Below, in pieces: positions 44,530 to 54,883 of a stretch of DNA of 64,000 nt. Below the pieces are notes generated by a model. The model had not been told where the DNA came from, did not search any database, and saw only the letters and a list, made by a program, of their open reading frames with translations. Every line of letters begins with the position of its first letter. The first letter of the stretch is position 1. The translations under genes were made by a program, and so were the position numbers. The stretch comes from Nanobdellota archaeon (GTDB taxonomy: Archaea > Aenigmatarchaeota > Aenigmatarchaeia > QMZP01), in NCBI GenBank assembly GCA_043814765.1, contig JBDRJQ010000029.1, positions 80,821 through 144,820 of the forward strand. Direction: 5' to 3'.

Positions 44530-47007
44530 TCACCAGTTACCATCAGGCGGGAACTTGGTTATGAAAGCATCCCAGCCGCCGTGAGATGAGCGTTCATCGA
44601 CAGTTAGACCAGGATCGAAGTCAGATATGCCTGAAAATGCACCAACTATAAACACGTCCCCCAAGTTGTTAGATGATATTCCATAGCCAAAATCCCAATT
44701 CGTGCCGCCCCATGTTCGCGCCCATATGAAAGTGCCTGAAGAATCGAACTTTGAGAGGAAAGAATCATATCCTCCAGTGGATGTATATTCACTGATTTCT
44801 GTGGTTGGGTCGAAGTCAGACGTACCTAAAAAGGCACCGGTGACGTAAATGCTATAATTGTTTATGGCAACTCTTCGCGGTTGATCGTCATCAGGACCGC
44901 CCCATGTTCGCGCCCATATGAAAGTGCCTGAAGAATCGAACTTTGAGAGGAAAGAATCATATCCTCCAGTGGATGTATGCTCATCGCTACCTGAGCTTGT
45001 ATCGAAGTCTGCAGTTCCTTTAAATTGTCCTGTCACATAGATGCCTGATTTTTCTGAAGCGACCCCCCAACCACAATCTTCATCCAAGCCGCCCCATGTT
45101 CGCGCCCATTGGAAATTGCCATCTGAGTTGATGACTGTCAGATAGGCATCGGTGTCATTTGCTATGTGATCACTAGTGCCTGTGCCTGGATCAAAGTCAA
45201 GAGTACCCCGGAACTTACCTGTCATATATAAATTATTCTCATAAAAATCCATTGAAAATATGAAGTCAGCAGATTCATTTCCCCAAGTGCAAACCCATTG
45301 GAATTCACCTGATGAATTGAACTTGCTGAGAAACACGTCCTGAAATCCGTTAGCGGTTCGCTTGGTTTCTCCTGGACCTGGATCAAAGTCCACTGTTTTA
45401 TTGAAATTGCCGCTAACATAGATCTCATCATAGTTTCCGATACTTACGCTTTCGCCGTAATCATCAAGTATTCCAAATCCCCCACTTCCCCAGGTTCTTG
45501 CCCAGAGGAAGTTACTGTTTTGGTCGAACTTGCTCAGGAAGACATCACGATCGCCATTTGAGGTGTGAAAATCCTCGCCATTTGTTGGATCAAAGTCAAC
45601 TGTCCCTTCGAACCATCCTGTGACATAGATGTTTCCTGAACTTTTGTCAACTATTATGTCACCAACACCCTCATATTCTGTCCCGCCCCATGTTTGCGTC
45701 CATTGGAAGTTTCCATCCAAATTGAACTTGGAAAAGAAACAGTCTCTTGCACCATTTGAGGAGTGCTCCTCAATCTCAGGACTTGGATCAAAATCGACTG
45801 TTCCTGAAAACTGACCACCAAGGTAAACATTGTTTTCAGTGTCAGTTGTAATCCTCCGACCATAATCATCACTGGTTCCGCCCCAAGTCCTTGCCCAACC
45901 GTTCTTGTGTCCAACTTCGATTGTGTGAACCTGCCAAGCATCCACAGCGCCAAAATGTGGGTCAAGTTGGGTATCAGTCACTCTGACAAGTAGCGGATAT
46001 TCGCCGATGGGGACGCCCATCTCATTGACAACTACGCCCTTGTAGATGGCACCGCTGTCAATCGATATTTCGCCGGAGAATTCAATTTCAACCTCTCCAT
46101 TAAACAGCTGGGGGGACTCAATTGTAACCTTGCCTATGCTCGAAAAACCCTGGTGGTCGCGCACCTCAATTTCTATGTACGCTTCTGCACCAGCGCTGGT
46201 CTCCAGCCCGGCACCGACCTGCACCTGAATCTCATAAGATTCGCTGCAGTTCGCTTTTAGTGGGAAGTCAGTGACGGGATTTGTCACCGGCTCTTTTGTG
46301 GGCGGAGCCCATGAAGCGTCCACAACATAGCCGAAGTGAATTGGTCCAGCCGGCTTGCGGATGTGCACGGTTCGCGTCTCGGTACTGCCAACCTGGAACA
46401 TCCTGCGCTGGTTGTCCTTCCCATAACTTACAAAGGGATTCAGTGTCGCAGACAGGTCATTGGTTCCGCAATACTTGCCCGAGATATATCCAAGGCACGG
46501 TGGAGCTGTTGACGGAAATTGCGTCGGGTTGAACAGTCTTGTGTACCCATCCGCGTTGATGAGTCGTGGAAAATAATCTCCCCAAGCGATTCTGCAATCG
46601 CTCACAGGGAATTCATAATCTTCGTCTGTAATGAATATCCCGCGGACATCAAATCCAGTGTATTTGGTGAGACCAGGAAACGGATGCATAATCTGAAGAT
46701 CAAACACCCAATTATTCGGGTCGATGACCTGGAAGTTCTTGACCTTCAGGCAATTTCCACAGGGGTTGTTCTCAAGCCATTGCAATGCATTGAAATGCAT
46801 CTCTGCACTTCTGACAGGGACGATTTCTGCCTGGCCATCTTCTGAGATTTCTACATCCCAGTAGCCCCAGATGTATTTGTTGCTATCAACACAAATTGGA
46901 GCTGAAAGCTCCTTGCTCTGAGGGCTTGCAGGGTTCTCTAAGCCGCCGGAGCATGAAGCGATGATTAATGCGACCATCGCTGTAAGAATGAGGTATGTGG
47001 TTCTCAT
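44530..47007 (-). CDS. Lipoprotein-type secreted protein with an unknown N-terminal domain and a multi-blade SBBP-type beta-propeller repeat region
   Basis: Lipobox LIIASC after a signal peptide. There are eight or more repeats of W(A/T)xTWGGxxxDxGxxVxxDxxGNxYVTGxFxGTxDFDPxxxxxxxxSxGxxDxFLSKF. A strong TAAGGAGG SD precedes the start. Confidence 0.8.
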   Translation of the reverse strand: MRTTYLILTAMVALIIASCSGGLENPASPQSKELSAPICVDSNKYIWGYWDVEISEDGQAEIVPVRSAEMHFNALQWLENNPCGNCLKVKNFQVIDPNNWVFDLQIMHPFPGLTKYTGFDVRGIFITDEDYEFPVSDCRIAWGDYFPRLINADGYTRLFNPTQFPSTAPPCLGYISGKYCGTNDLSATLNPFVSYGKDNQRRMFQVGSTETRTVHIRKPAGPIHFGYVVDASWAPPTKEPVTNPVTDFPLKANCSESYEIQVQVGAGLETSAGAEAYIEIEVRDHQGFSSIGKVTIESPQLFNGEVEIEFSGEISIDSGAIYKGVVVNEMGVPIGEYPLLVRVTDTQLDPHFGAVDAWQVHTIEVGHKNGWARTWGGTSDDYGRRITTDTENNVYLGGQFSGTVDFDPSPEIEEHSSNGARDCFFSKFNLDGNFQWTQTWGGTEYEGVGDIIVDKSSGNIYVTGWFEGTVDFDPTNGEDFHTSNGDRDVFLSKFDQNSNFLWARTWGSGGFGILDDYGESVSIGNYDEIYVSGNFNKTVDFDPGPGETKRTANGFQDVFLSKFNSSGEFQWVCTWGNESADFIFSMDFYENNLYMTGKFRGTLDFDPGTGTSDHIANDTDAYLTVINSDGNFQWARTWGGLDEDCGWGVASEKSGIYVTGQFKGTADFDTSSGSDEHTSTGGYDSFLSKFDSSGTFIWARTWGGPDDDQPRRVAINNYSIYVTGAFLGTSDFDPTTEISEYTSTGGYDSFLSKFDSSGTFIWARTWGGTNWDFGYGISSNNLGDVFIVGAFSGISDFDPGLTVDERSSHGGWDAFITKFPPDGNW
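44705..44978 (-). repeat. 82-nt perfect direct repeat (44705-44786 and 44897-44978) inside the SBBP gene
   Basis: The copies are offset by 192 nt, which is one 64-aa blade. Both encode the identical ...GGYDSFLSKFDSSGTFIWARTWGG. Confidence 0.9.
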
Positions 47008-47219
47008 TGAGAACCTCCTTAGAACCGGTTACAAGCCGGTTGTATTTTCTATAGAAACAACTATTCATTCTCCAATTGGCCCGAATTCTCTAGGTTAGCC
47101 ATGCAAACTGTTAGTCTTGCGTGGAATGTTGAACGGATAGATTGTGTAAGCATAAAATATCTATTAAATAATTAACAAGAGGTTTAAATACTTTTGTTAC
47201 TTATTGAGAACAAATAGAC

Positions 47220-47897
47220 TTACAGCTTGATAAAATACCAGAAGTCAGTATAAGTGTATTTTTTCATTTGCTTTTGTGTCGGATTCTCATTGCAAACAGC
47301 AGCGATCTGCCATAGGAATGTGCCTTGCATGAGGATTTTGTTGTAGATAAATGGAGTCATCTGGAAGCTCTGTTTGTCTCCCATGGGTATGTACATCATG
47401 CCAGGCACGATTGCAAACGCGCCTCCCACAAAGGCAATATAATTCTTTGCGCCGTCAACCTTTGTCCAGGTGAATTTTGTTGTGGGCCCGACCACAGCAA
47501 AATTCTCAGGTGTTAGAAGAGTAGGTTTGGTTTGCTTAGTTATCTTCCACTGACTACTGCATTCGACATTATCAGGATAATTGCAGACATACCATTTGTA
47601 TTCGCCATCAGGCTGTATTTCTAGGAAGCTTGAAGGTAGGAATAATGAAGTTTTTTCCTTTGGCAGGAATATGTTTGTCATAAAAGGCTCTCCGTCGTGA
47701 AGCATGTTCAGATAAACACCCTTTTCTGTGCCAGTGCCTAGCAGCCACTGCAGGGTTATGCTGTCGCATATTTTATAAGAATAGTCATGTTTAGGCGAAA
47801 TCAGTTGGGGAGCGTTAGCTTTGTAGGCATCTACAGGTATGACTACAAGTAAAAAAATTATTCCCATGATTATTGACCACGCGAAGATATTTTTCAT
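47220..47897 (-). CDS. Secreted or membrane-anchored hypothetical protein with two FN3/Ig-like modules
   Basis: Signal/anchor MKNIFAWSIIMGIIFLLVVIPVDA. The pattern P.L(I/L)(S/T)P...W..(V)DGAKNY occurs twice. Start moved to the internal ATG. Confidence 0.5.
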   Translation of the reverse strand: MKNIFAWSIIMGIIFLLVVIPVDAYKANAPQLISPKHDYSYKICDSITLQWLLGTGTEKGVYLNMLHDGEPFMTNIFLPKEKTSLFLPSSFLEIQPDGEYKWYVCNYPDNVECSSQWKITKQTKPTLLTPENFAVVGPTTKFTWTKVDGAKNYIAFVGGAFAIVPGMMYIPMGDKQSFQMTPFIYNKILMQGTFLWQIAAVCNENPTQKQMKKYTYTDFWYFIKL

Positions 47898-47971
47898 ATG
47901 CATGCTCTTTCGGTATTTAAGCGCCAATATCTATTGAAAATTAGTGCAATGTTTTATAAGTTTTCATCCGC

Positions 47972-48931
47972 TTATCTGCGTTTCTTTTCCTTTTCTTCCT
48001 CTTCTCTTACGCGCTCTTCGACTTCATCCTTGATGCCCAGAGTTTCAACCATTTCCTTGTATCTGTTTCTGATTGTAACTTCTGTTACGCCGATTGTGTC
48101 AGCGACTTCCCTTTGAGTCTTTTTCTCGCCTTCAAGAACTGCTGCTATGTAAAGAGCTGCGGCAGCAACGCCTATTGGTCCCTTGCCAGAAGTAACATCA
48201 GACTTTGCAGCCCTGTCCAAGACTTCTACAGATTTCACTTGAACCTTTTCTGAAAGATTAAGCAATGAACCGAAACGAGGGACATAATCCTGTGCTTTTG
48301 CAGGCAATATTCTTATGCTCAATTTTCTTGCTATGTACCTGTATGTCTTTCCGATATCTCTTTTATCAATGTTGGAAGCTTTTGATATCTCGTCCAGAGT
48401 TCTTGGAGCGCCCTCTTCACGGCATGTTGTGTAAAGAAGTGCTGCTATAATCGATTCTGTTGATCTGCCACGAACAAGCCCTTTGTTGACTGCCTGCTGG
48501 TATAATTTTGCGACTTTCTCGTGGACAGCTTTTGAAAGATGCAAAAATGAAATAAGTCTTTGTAATTCGGAAAACGCAAATGATAAGTTTCTGTCCTTGG
48601 ATTTAATTAGCCTCTTGTGCCATTTTGTTAAACGATAGTATTGGGCTCTCTTTTTTGAGGTTACTTTAAACAACTCGCCACGACCCTTGCCGATTTCTGT
48701 GGTTATTCCCTGATCGTGTTTTGTGGGTGTCAAGACAGCGCCTGTTCTAACACGCCTTGATCTCTGATCATCATCAAAAGCGCGCCACTCCTGTGTCGTG
48801 TCTATCATAGATTCGCTTATGACTACCCCGCATACAGAACATGTCATCTCCCCTCTTGCATGGTCATAGGTTATATTCTTTGATCCGCATTCAGGGCATC
48901 TTTGAACTTCTTTCTGAGTTGCTTTTGTCAT
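47972..48931 (-). CDS. tfb: Transcription initiation factor IIB (TFB)
   Basis: Zn ribbon CPECGS...CSVCG, B-finger/linker and two cyclin-fold repeats. Start taken at ATG 48931, preceded by GGAGGA; the track start adds 27 aa. Confidence 0.93.
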   Translation of the reverse strand: MTKATQKEVQRCPECGSKNITYDHARGEMTCSVCGVVISESMIDTTQEWRAFDDDQRSRRVRTGAVLTPTKHDQGITTEIGKGRGELFKVTSKKRAQYYRLTKWHKRLIKSKDRNLSFAFSELQRLISFLHLSKAVHEKVAKLYQQAVNKGLVRGRSTESIIAALLYTTCREEGAPRTLDEISKASNIDKRDIGKTYRYIARKLSIRILPAKAQDYVPRFGSLLNLSEKVQVKSVEVLDRAAKSDVTSGKGPIGVAAAALYIAAVLEGEKKTQREVADTIGVTEVTIRNRYKEMVETLGIKDEVEERVREEEEKEKKRR

Positions 48932-49148
48932 TAAATCCTCCGATAAATTATTAAAATGTTTTACCATCCTATTGATTTTGTAAAAGGGGTAATAAGTAAT
49001 GAGTAAGCCCATTTATAAAGTTAACGGTTGCTTTAAAAGCAACTATTTGCTTTTTTTGGAAACAGCAAGCTTTAAAAATCACAGAAGAATATTATTTATT
49101 AAGCTATGCTATATAATTTAATATGTTTATTCAGCAAGGGTTTTCGTC

Positions 49149-52100
49149 ATGAATAGTTTATCTGGTACGGTAAGAGTTAGTGTTGCTGTAATAAGTATTT
49201 TTCTTTTTATTGCCCTCGGATTTTTGCTAATAAACATGGTGTCTGCGGATTACGGTGACGGCACCAATACAACATTCCACTTTAATGCAACGTATTCTGC
49301 TAACGAAACCGGTTATAACATAACCAAGTACAACATCTCGGAAACCATGCAGGTGGTTATATACAACGACGATGATGCTGCCAACAGCGATCCGGCAACG
49401 ATAAACACAATAAACGTTTCAGTGGAAAGCATAACTACCGGATGCAACATTAATTTGTATCTTTATGAAACTGGTGTCGATACCGGTTACTTCGCAACGA
49501 ACATAACTTTCAGTACGGCGTCAGGAAGCTGCAGCGCAGCTTCGAGAATACTTGAGGTTATTGAAGACGGAGAAGAGAACGTTACCATAGTTTATCTTGA
49601 TACCAACATGACGGGTTACAATTCAAGCAGTCTTGCTTTCAGAAACACTACGATAGTAAGCGATCAGTGGATAAAGGCAAATTATAGTGTAATGAATTTT
49701 TCAACAATAGCACCAGGAAGCAGTCTTGTAAAGAACATTGTTTTCAACAACAGCGATCCTGATACTGAAAGCGGCCTTACAGAAGCATTTACTCTTTACA
49801 AGGAATATGAGAAAAAATATAGCGGGGTTAACGACACTAAATATCTTTATTTCATGCTAACAAATAGGACTGATTATATTGTTTGGAATGTTACAAGCAA
49901 CTCTACTGTACCAACTTTCTCTGTTAGATTGTATAACAGTAATGGTGTTCAAGTCAGTTATGGATTAAACAAAACGTACGATATAACAATGACTGGAAAT
50001 TCTTCAGAAGTATGGTATCTGAAAGTTATTAACAATAATACAGCAGCAACTTCTGGTGTAAACATCACTGTTGGCGTCTATCTAAATACAACTGATTTCT
50101 TGAGCACTAATTTTGTTAGCGGTGCTACAAATTTCACCAATTCAAACACGACCATTAAGATGAATATGACTATACCTGCTTTGAGAGTGTATGGCGGGTT
50201 CCTAAACGGTACAATAAAATACTACAATGATAATTTCACTGTTAATGTTCCTATGATTGTTAAAATTTCTGCAGCAGAGATGTGGACAGAAACAAACACT
50301 CTTTCACCGCTGTCAGTATGGCCTAACGGCACATATGTGTACAAAGTTAACAAATTTACTGATTCTAAAACTGATAACCTGAGAACAATAAAAATTTACA
50401 TAAACAACACAGGCACTCTTGATTTGACAAATGTTTGGGTTAATGTGACAGGAAACTTCACCAACACCAGTAAATACATAAACATAACATTAATCAACAG
50501 TGCACAGAGCAACGGAAACATTACTGAAATAGGCGATTATAACTATATTGCTCTCGGTACAGTACCATCGAATAACAATTCTTACATCACTCTGACTTTC
50601 AACATATCAAATATAGCTAAGGGAGACTATGATACCATCTTATTGTTCAGTTCTGATAACGGACAGCCATTCACAGACTCTAACATGACACTAAGGCTTA
50701 ACGTAACAGATGCCTTAACTGTGGTAGTCAATAACATAAACACATATAACTGGGACAATATATCGTCAACAAGTGATCCCGCTACAACAAGGTTCAGTGG
50801 CAATGTTACAGTAGAGATGACAGTAAAATACACAGACGGAACACCAGTAACAACTTTTGATAAAACTAATTTGACTATTTTTGATGATTACACAGGTGTT
50901 TATGTCTCAATGGCAAGCACTTCAATAGGCTCGTTTGTTCATTCCGGTAGTGGGATCTACAAGTTCAACATCACTGCACCTGCAAGAACTGCTGGTCACG
51001 CACAGCATGGCAATCACAATCTAATACTGCAGTTAAAAGATGATTACGTGAACAATGGAAACGCAACTACAACTTATAATATGACAGCACCCGACCCATA
51101 CACTTCAATGTCTGTAAGTGATAGCAGCTTGAATCTTGCTGTTGTGGAAACAGCTGTTCTGACTGTTACATTTGGAAACAGTGGCACTGAATCAGCATAT
51201 AACATGACTGTTTCGGTAGCTAACAACGGTACTGGTGTGACTTTGGATAAAACAGTATGCAGGATGAGTGTAAACTTGAATTCAACACTGAGCATAGGAG
51301 CCGGTGAAACCAATACTACTGTTTGTAAAATAACGCTCACTCCCACAGCAGTTGGCGATTATAACATATCAGTAAGCACAGTTGGTGCAAGAGACGCATA
51401 CGGCAATGATTATAATACCACGAACAGACCATTCCAGATTGTGCATGTAACACAGGCTTCTTCTAGTAGCGAAGAAGCGGAAGAAGGCGGTGAAGGCGGT
51501 GGAAGCAGTACACCTGCGCCTTCTCTTTTAATAACAGACTATCCTTCTTCCATGGAAATCCTTTTAGGAGAGAGTTATACAACCACTGTTACAGTAAATA
51601 ACACAGGCGAAGTAGCAGGCAAGGTTAAATTAAGCGTTGAATTGGCTGGCATAGAAACTGACATCACGCCAACAGAAACAACAATATCTTCTGGCGACAG
51701 TAAAACATTCGAGGTTGAGATAACTGTACCGGATACCTTTGATATAGGCAATCATGCAACGAAATTTAAGGCATATGTATCGCTTGATACGAGTATTTAT
51801 GATACAGCAGACTTTACGCTCACAGTATTGCCAACAGAAGAGAAGAAACAGGAAATAAACCAGTCATATTATAATTATGAATATCAATTAAATGGTTTGA
51901 TTGATGATTTTAATGACCTTGTTGCGCAAGGAAAATTATCACAAGAAAACATAACTCATATTGAAAACCTAATAAACCAGAGTGGAGGTTTGCTAGATAA
52001 TATATTAGCCGCAATAATCACAGAAAACTATATAACAGCAAACGATTTAATGAATGATCTAAATGCAACACTCAATAACATAGCATCTGCTCTTGAGCAA

Positions 52101-52577
52101 TTTGAAGAGGAGGAACAGACGTTTGCACCAATATGGATGTGGGTTATAATAGGATTGATAATGGCTGGCGGAGCAGGCTTCCTGATATACATGCTAATGC
52201 CTCCATCAAAAGGTTATGATATAAAATACGGATACAACTCACCGAAGAAAGAAACAATAATGTTCAGATTGAAGAACTTGAAGAACAAGTTAACTCGAAT
52301 GCCTGGCAGAAAGATTGATGGCGGATTAATATCTAGTGCTAAGCATACAAAAATATTAAAGAAACTGGATGATAAAAAGGACAAATCCAAAGCAAAATAT
52401 GTTTCTGGTTATGAAAAGGCTGCTCCAACTGATTATAGTTTCGAACCGCCATCCGGATTAAAAGCAAACTTAATAAGTACATTGAACAAGATAAAAGGTA
52501 AAGGTGCTCAACAGGGTGGGTTGTATGAGTTCGTCAGTAAAAAACCAAAGGTAGACACCAAGAAAAAGAAGAATTAG
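49149..52577 (+). CDS. Large surface (S-layer-like) glycoprotein candidate with a C-terminal TM anchor and basic tail
   Basis: N-terminal signal/anchor. More than 50 N-x-S/T sequons by eye. An S/E/G linker (SSSSEEAEEGGEGGGSS). A C-terminal TM helix (IWMWVIIGLIMAGGAGFLIYML) and a K-rich tail. Confidence 0.6.
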   Translation: MNSLSGTVRVSVAVISIFLFIALGFLLINMVSADYGDGTNTTFHFNATYSANETGYNITKYNISETMQVVIYNDDDAANSDPATINTINVSVESITTGCNINLYLYETGVDTGYFATNITFSTASGSCSAASRILEVIEDGEENVTIVYLDTNMTGYNSSSLAFRNTTIVSDQWIKANYSVMNFSTIAPGSSLVKNIVFNNSDPDTESGLTEAFTLYKEYEKKYSGVNDTKYLYFMLTNRTDYIVWNVTSNSTVPTFSVRLYNSNGVQVSYGLNKTYDITMTGNSSEVWYLKVINNNTAATSGVNITVGVYLNTTDFLSTNFVSGATNFTNSNTTIKMNMTIPALRVYGGFLNGTIKYYNDNFTVNVPMIVKISAAEMWTETNTLSPLSVWPNGTYVYKVNKFTDSKTDNLRTIKIYINNTGTLDLTNVWVNVTGNFTNTSKYINITLINSAQSNGNITEIGDYNYIALGTVPSNNNSYITLTFNISNIAKGDYDTILLFSSDNGQPFTDSNMTLRLNVTDALTVVVNNINTYNWDNISSTSDPATTRFSGNVTVEMTVKYTDGTPVTTFDKTNLTIFDDYTGVYVSMASTSIGSFVHSGSGIYKFNITAPARTAGHAQHGNHNLILQLKDDYVNNGNATTTYNMTAPDPYTSMSVSDSSLNLAVVETAVLTVTFGNSGTESAYNMTVSVANNGTGVTLDKTVCRMSVNLNSTLSIGAGETNTTVCKITLTPTAVGDYNISVSTVGARDAYGNDYNTTNRPFQIVHVTQASSSSEEAEEGGEGGGSSTPAPSLLITDYPSSMEILLGESYTTTVTVNNTGEVAGKVKLSVELAGIETDITPTETTISSGDSKTFEVEITVPDTFDIGNHATKFKAYVSLDTSIYDTADFTLTVLPTEEKKQEINQSYYNYEYQLNGLIDDFNDLVAQGKLSQENITHIENLINQSGGLLDNILAAIITENYITANDLMNDLNATLNNIASALEQFEEEEQTFAPIWMWVIIGLIMAGGAGFLIYMLMPPSKGYDIKYGYNSPKKETIMFRLKNLKNKLTRMPGRKIDGGLISSAKHTKILKKLDDKKDKSKAKYVSGYEKAAPTDYSFEPPSGLKANLISTLNKIKGKGAQQGGLYEFVSKKPKVDTKKKKN

Positions 52578-52620
52578 AAAGTAATAAAAGCATTTAAAGT
52601 TTATTCTGTTTTCTATTTTA

Positions 52621-53049
52621 ATGCAAAGAAATGTTTATGAATTTTCTCAAAGCAGGGAATTAGAAGAGCTTGTGGATTCGATTCCAGCGGAATGGAACTA
52701 TTTTGATATCTCCTTATATGTGAGGGAGAATATGCGAGCTGTGACAGACATGATGATAGGAGATATCTTTCCATCTAAGATAAAAATTATAAACGGGTTA
52801 TATAATCACTTACATTATGATTTTGATGAAATAACCAGCCTTGTAAAAAAGGCGCTTAGGTTTGGTTATCACGGAAGTGTTTCAATTGGTAAATATCATG
52901 ATGCGCATGAAATTGCATGCTTCAATCTGGAACTTTCTTTTGAAAATCAGCTATGCGTATATTATGATGAAGAATGGGGAGGCACCTTCGAAGATATTAG
53001 GCCCATAATAAAAAGGGCAAAATCTCTTGGGCTGGAAACATGCGAATAA
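52621..53049 (+). CDS. Hypothetical protein
   Basis: 142-aa ORF with no recognised motif. Confidence 0.4.
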   Translation: MQRNVYEFSQSRELEELVDSIPAEWNYFDISLYVRENMRAVTDMMIGDIFPSKIKIINGLYNHLHYDFDEITSLVKKALRFGYHGSVSIGKYHDAHEIACFNLELSFENQLCVYYDEEWGGTFEDIRPIIKRAKSLGLETCE

Positions 53050-53069
53050 TAAAAAATTAGAAGATAAGA

Positions 53070-54881
53070 TTATCTTCTAATTATACTTTCTATAATCCTT
53101 GCATATGCTGGACGGGTTATCAGAATGCCAACTAACACACCTACAATGGTTGTGATTGCGAAGCCCCTTACCAGTCCTATACCAAAGATCATTAGTGGAA
53201 CCATTGCTGCTATCGTTGTTGCCGCTGCACCAAAGATTATAAAGAAGGCTCTCTTGATTTTATCTTTCATATCATAAATCATCTCATCTTCTTCATCCTT
53301 TTTACGGCTGGATAGAGTTTCGTCTGCTATGATTATCTGGTGATCTACTCCTGTACCTATTGCTGCTATGATACCTCCTATTGCAGGAAGATCTATGGTC
53401 CAAGACATCATGCCTAATAGCGGAATAAGCAAAACACCAATCCATCCATATATGTCTATTGTTTGTTTCTTCCACCAGGCCATTAAGACTATTGATATGT
53501 TAACCAGCATAACTATGCTCCATATGTAAGCATCGTTTGCTGCAGCAATGCCAATTATAATAACAACTTCTGAAAATCCTATTAAAACCATAGGCAGGGA
53601 TATTTTAATTCTCCTGTATCTGACAAATGTTATAACTACAACAACTATTCCTCCAAACAGTGCAGCTATCATTGCTGATTGGAAGAAATCCTCTCCCAGT
53701 GTTGGTGATATTATATCCACAGATTCTGTTACAAGTGTGGTTGGAAGCGCTCCTGATCTTAGTATTGTTTGCATTCTTAGTTTTTCGTATGTGGCCTCAT
53801 CCAATGTTTCCCTGCTTCCTTGTATCTGTGGAGTATTGTATATTCTGCCTGCCAAATCAGAGCCTATGTTAAGCTCTGAAACAAGCTGATTATCTAAATA
53901 TAAAAATATCTGTGAATCTATGTACTCCTCTCCTGATTGAAGATCTATGTGTTTTGGAATTGCTGTTGTAACATCTGAAAATCTTTGAGCTCCGTTCTGA
54001 GATACTAAAATAACAAAGTAGAAACTGAATCCATTTTCAATCGGTCTTACTCCAGATCTCTGTGGATCCGAGTAAACTAGTTCTATATCTTTACTGGTAT
54101 AAGTTGTTGCAAGTAATATTAACTGTTCTTTTGATGCATTAAGATACTGGAAGTCTATATCCTTGAGTTTAAATGTACCAAGCGGCTCAACAACCTCTTC
54201 TACACCGTCTATCTTTACAGAATTATCTGAAAGGACGGATACTGGATATTTTTCTTCACCTAGCTGTATGGTTCCTTTTTTATCAGTTAGCAATATTGGT
54301 TTAGAGACCCTTGCTTCAAAACTTCCTTGCCTGGATAAAAGATCATCTACAACATCCTTACTGACTCCGGCTGCCTCTATCTGAAGAAAATAATTGCCCT
54401 CCAACCCTCTTATGCTGAAAAATCTCATCTCTTTTAAACCGTATATGTTAGCTCTTGTTTGCAGAGTAGCAATAACCTGGTCTATCATATCCTTTGTTGC
54501 ATTTTCCTTTGGTTTGAGTATTATCCTTGTACCGCCTTTGATATCCAAACCAAACTCAAGATTGGTCTTATCTATATCGCTAACATCTATGCCAAGATTA
54601 TCACTTATGTTAAACGTGTAAGACTTTCCATTGGCAGTAAGGTCAACTGAGTCTGGTATGTCTCCTATTACTTTTTGCCAATCAGCCAAATCCTTTATGT
54701 TCTGACCATTGATTTGCTTAATTACCATTCCCTGTTCAAGAATATCATGAGCTGGAGAGTCTGGTGATATATAATTTATTTCCACGCCGTCTCTTCCATA
54801 CGGGTAAGCTTTTAATCCTATTGCTAAAAGAGAGCCGAGAACGCACACTACAAGCACTATAATACGCCAGTATTTCAGCAT
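53070..54881 (-). CDS. secD: Protein-export membrane protein SecD
   Basis: N-terminal TM helix, a large periplasmic-type domain, then six C-terminal TM helices of SecD type. Adjacent to secF. Confidence 0.85.
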   Translation of the reverse strand: MLKYWRIIVLVVCVLGSLLAIGLKAYPYGRDGVEINYISPDSPAHDILEQGMVIKQINGQNIKDLADWQKVIGDIPDSVDLTANGKSYTFNISDNLGIDVSDIDKTNLEFGLDIKGGTRIILKPKENATKDMIDQVIATLQTRANIYGLKEMRFFSIRGLEGNYFLQIEAAGVSKDVVDDLLSRQGSFEARVSKPILLTDKKGTIQLGEEKYPVSVLSDNSVKIDGVEEVVEPLGTFKLKDIDFQYLNASKEQLILLATTYTSKDIELVYSDPQRSGVRPIENGFSFYFVILVSQNGAQRFSDVTTAIPKHIDLQSGEEYIDSQIFLYLDNQLVSELNIGSDLAGRIYNTPQIQGSRETLDEATYEKLRMQTILRSGALPTTLVTESVDIISPTLGEDFFQSAMIAALFGGIVVVVITFVRYRRIKISLPMVLIGFSEVVIIIGIAAANDAYIWSIVMLVNISIVLMAWWKKQTIDIYGWIGVLLIPLLGMMSWTIDLPAIGGIIAAIGTGVDHQIIIADETLSSRKKDEEDEMIYDMKDKIKRAFFIIFGAAATTIAAMVPLMIFGIGLVRGFAITTIVGVLVGILITRPAYARIIESIIRR

Positions 54882-54883
54882 AA

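Noticed and set aside
44385-47220. Assembly chimera as the explanation for the G+C-rich gene.
   Set aside because: This cannot be tested without reads and is not excluded. However, both junctions are AT-rich spacers continuous with flanking archaeal genes, and the gene carries its own promoter/SD/terminator context. Horizontal transfer is therefore preferred and is reported as a finding.
48932-49012. A 27-aa N-terminal extension of TFB in the track.
   Set aside because: The internal ATG 48931 is preceded by GGAGGA and gives the canonical short lead-in to the Zn ribbon. The extension has no TFB-like sequence.
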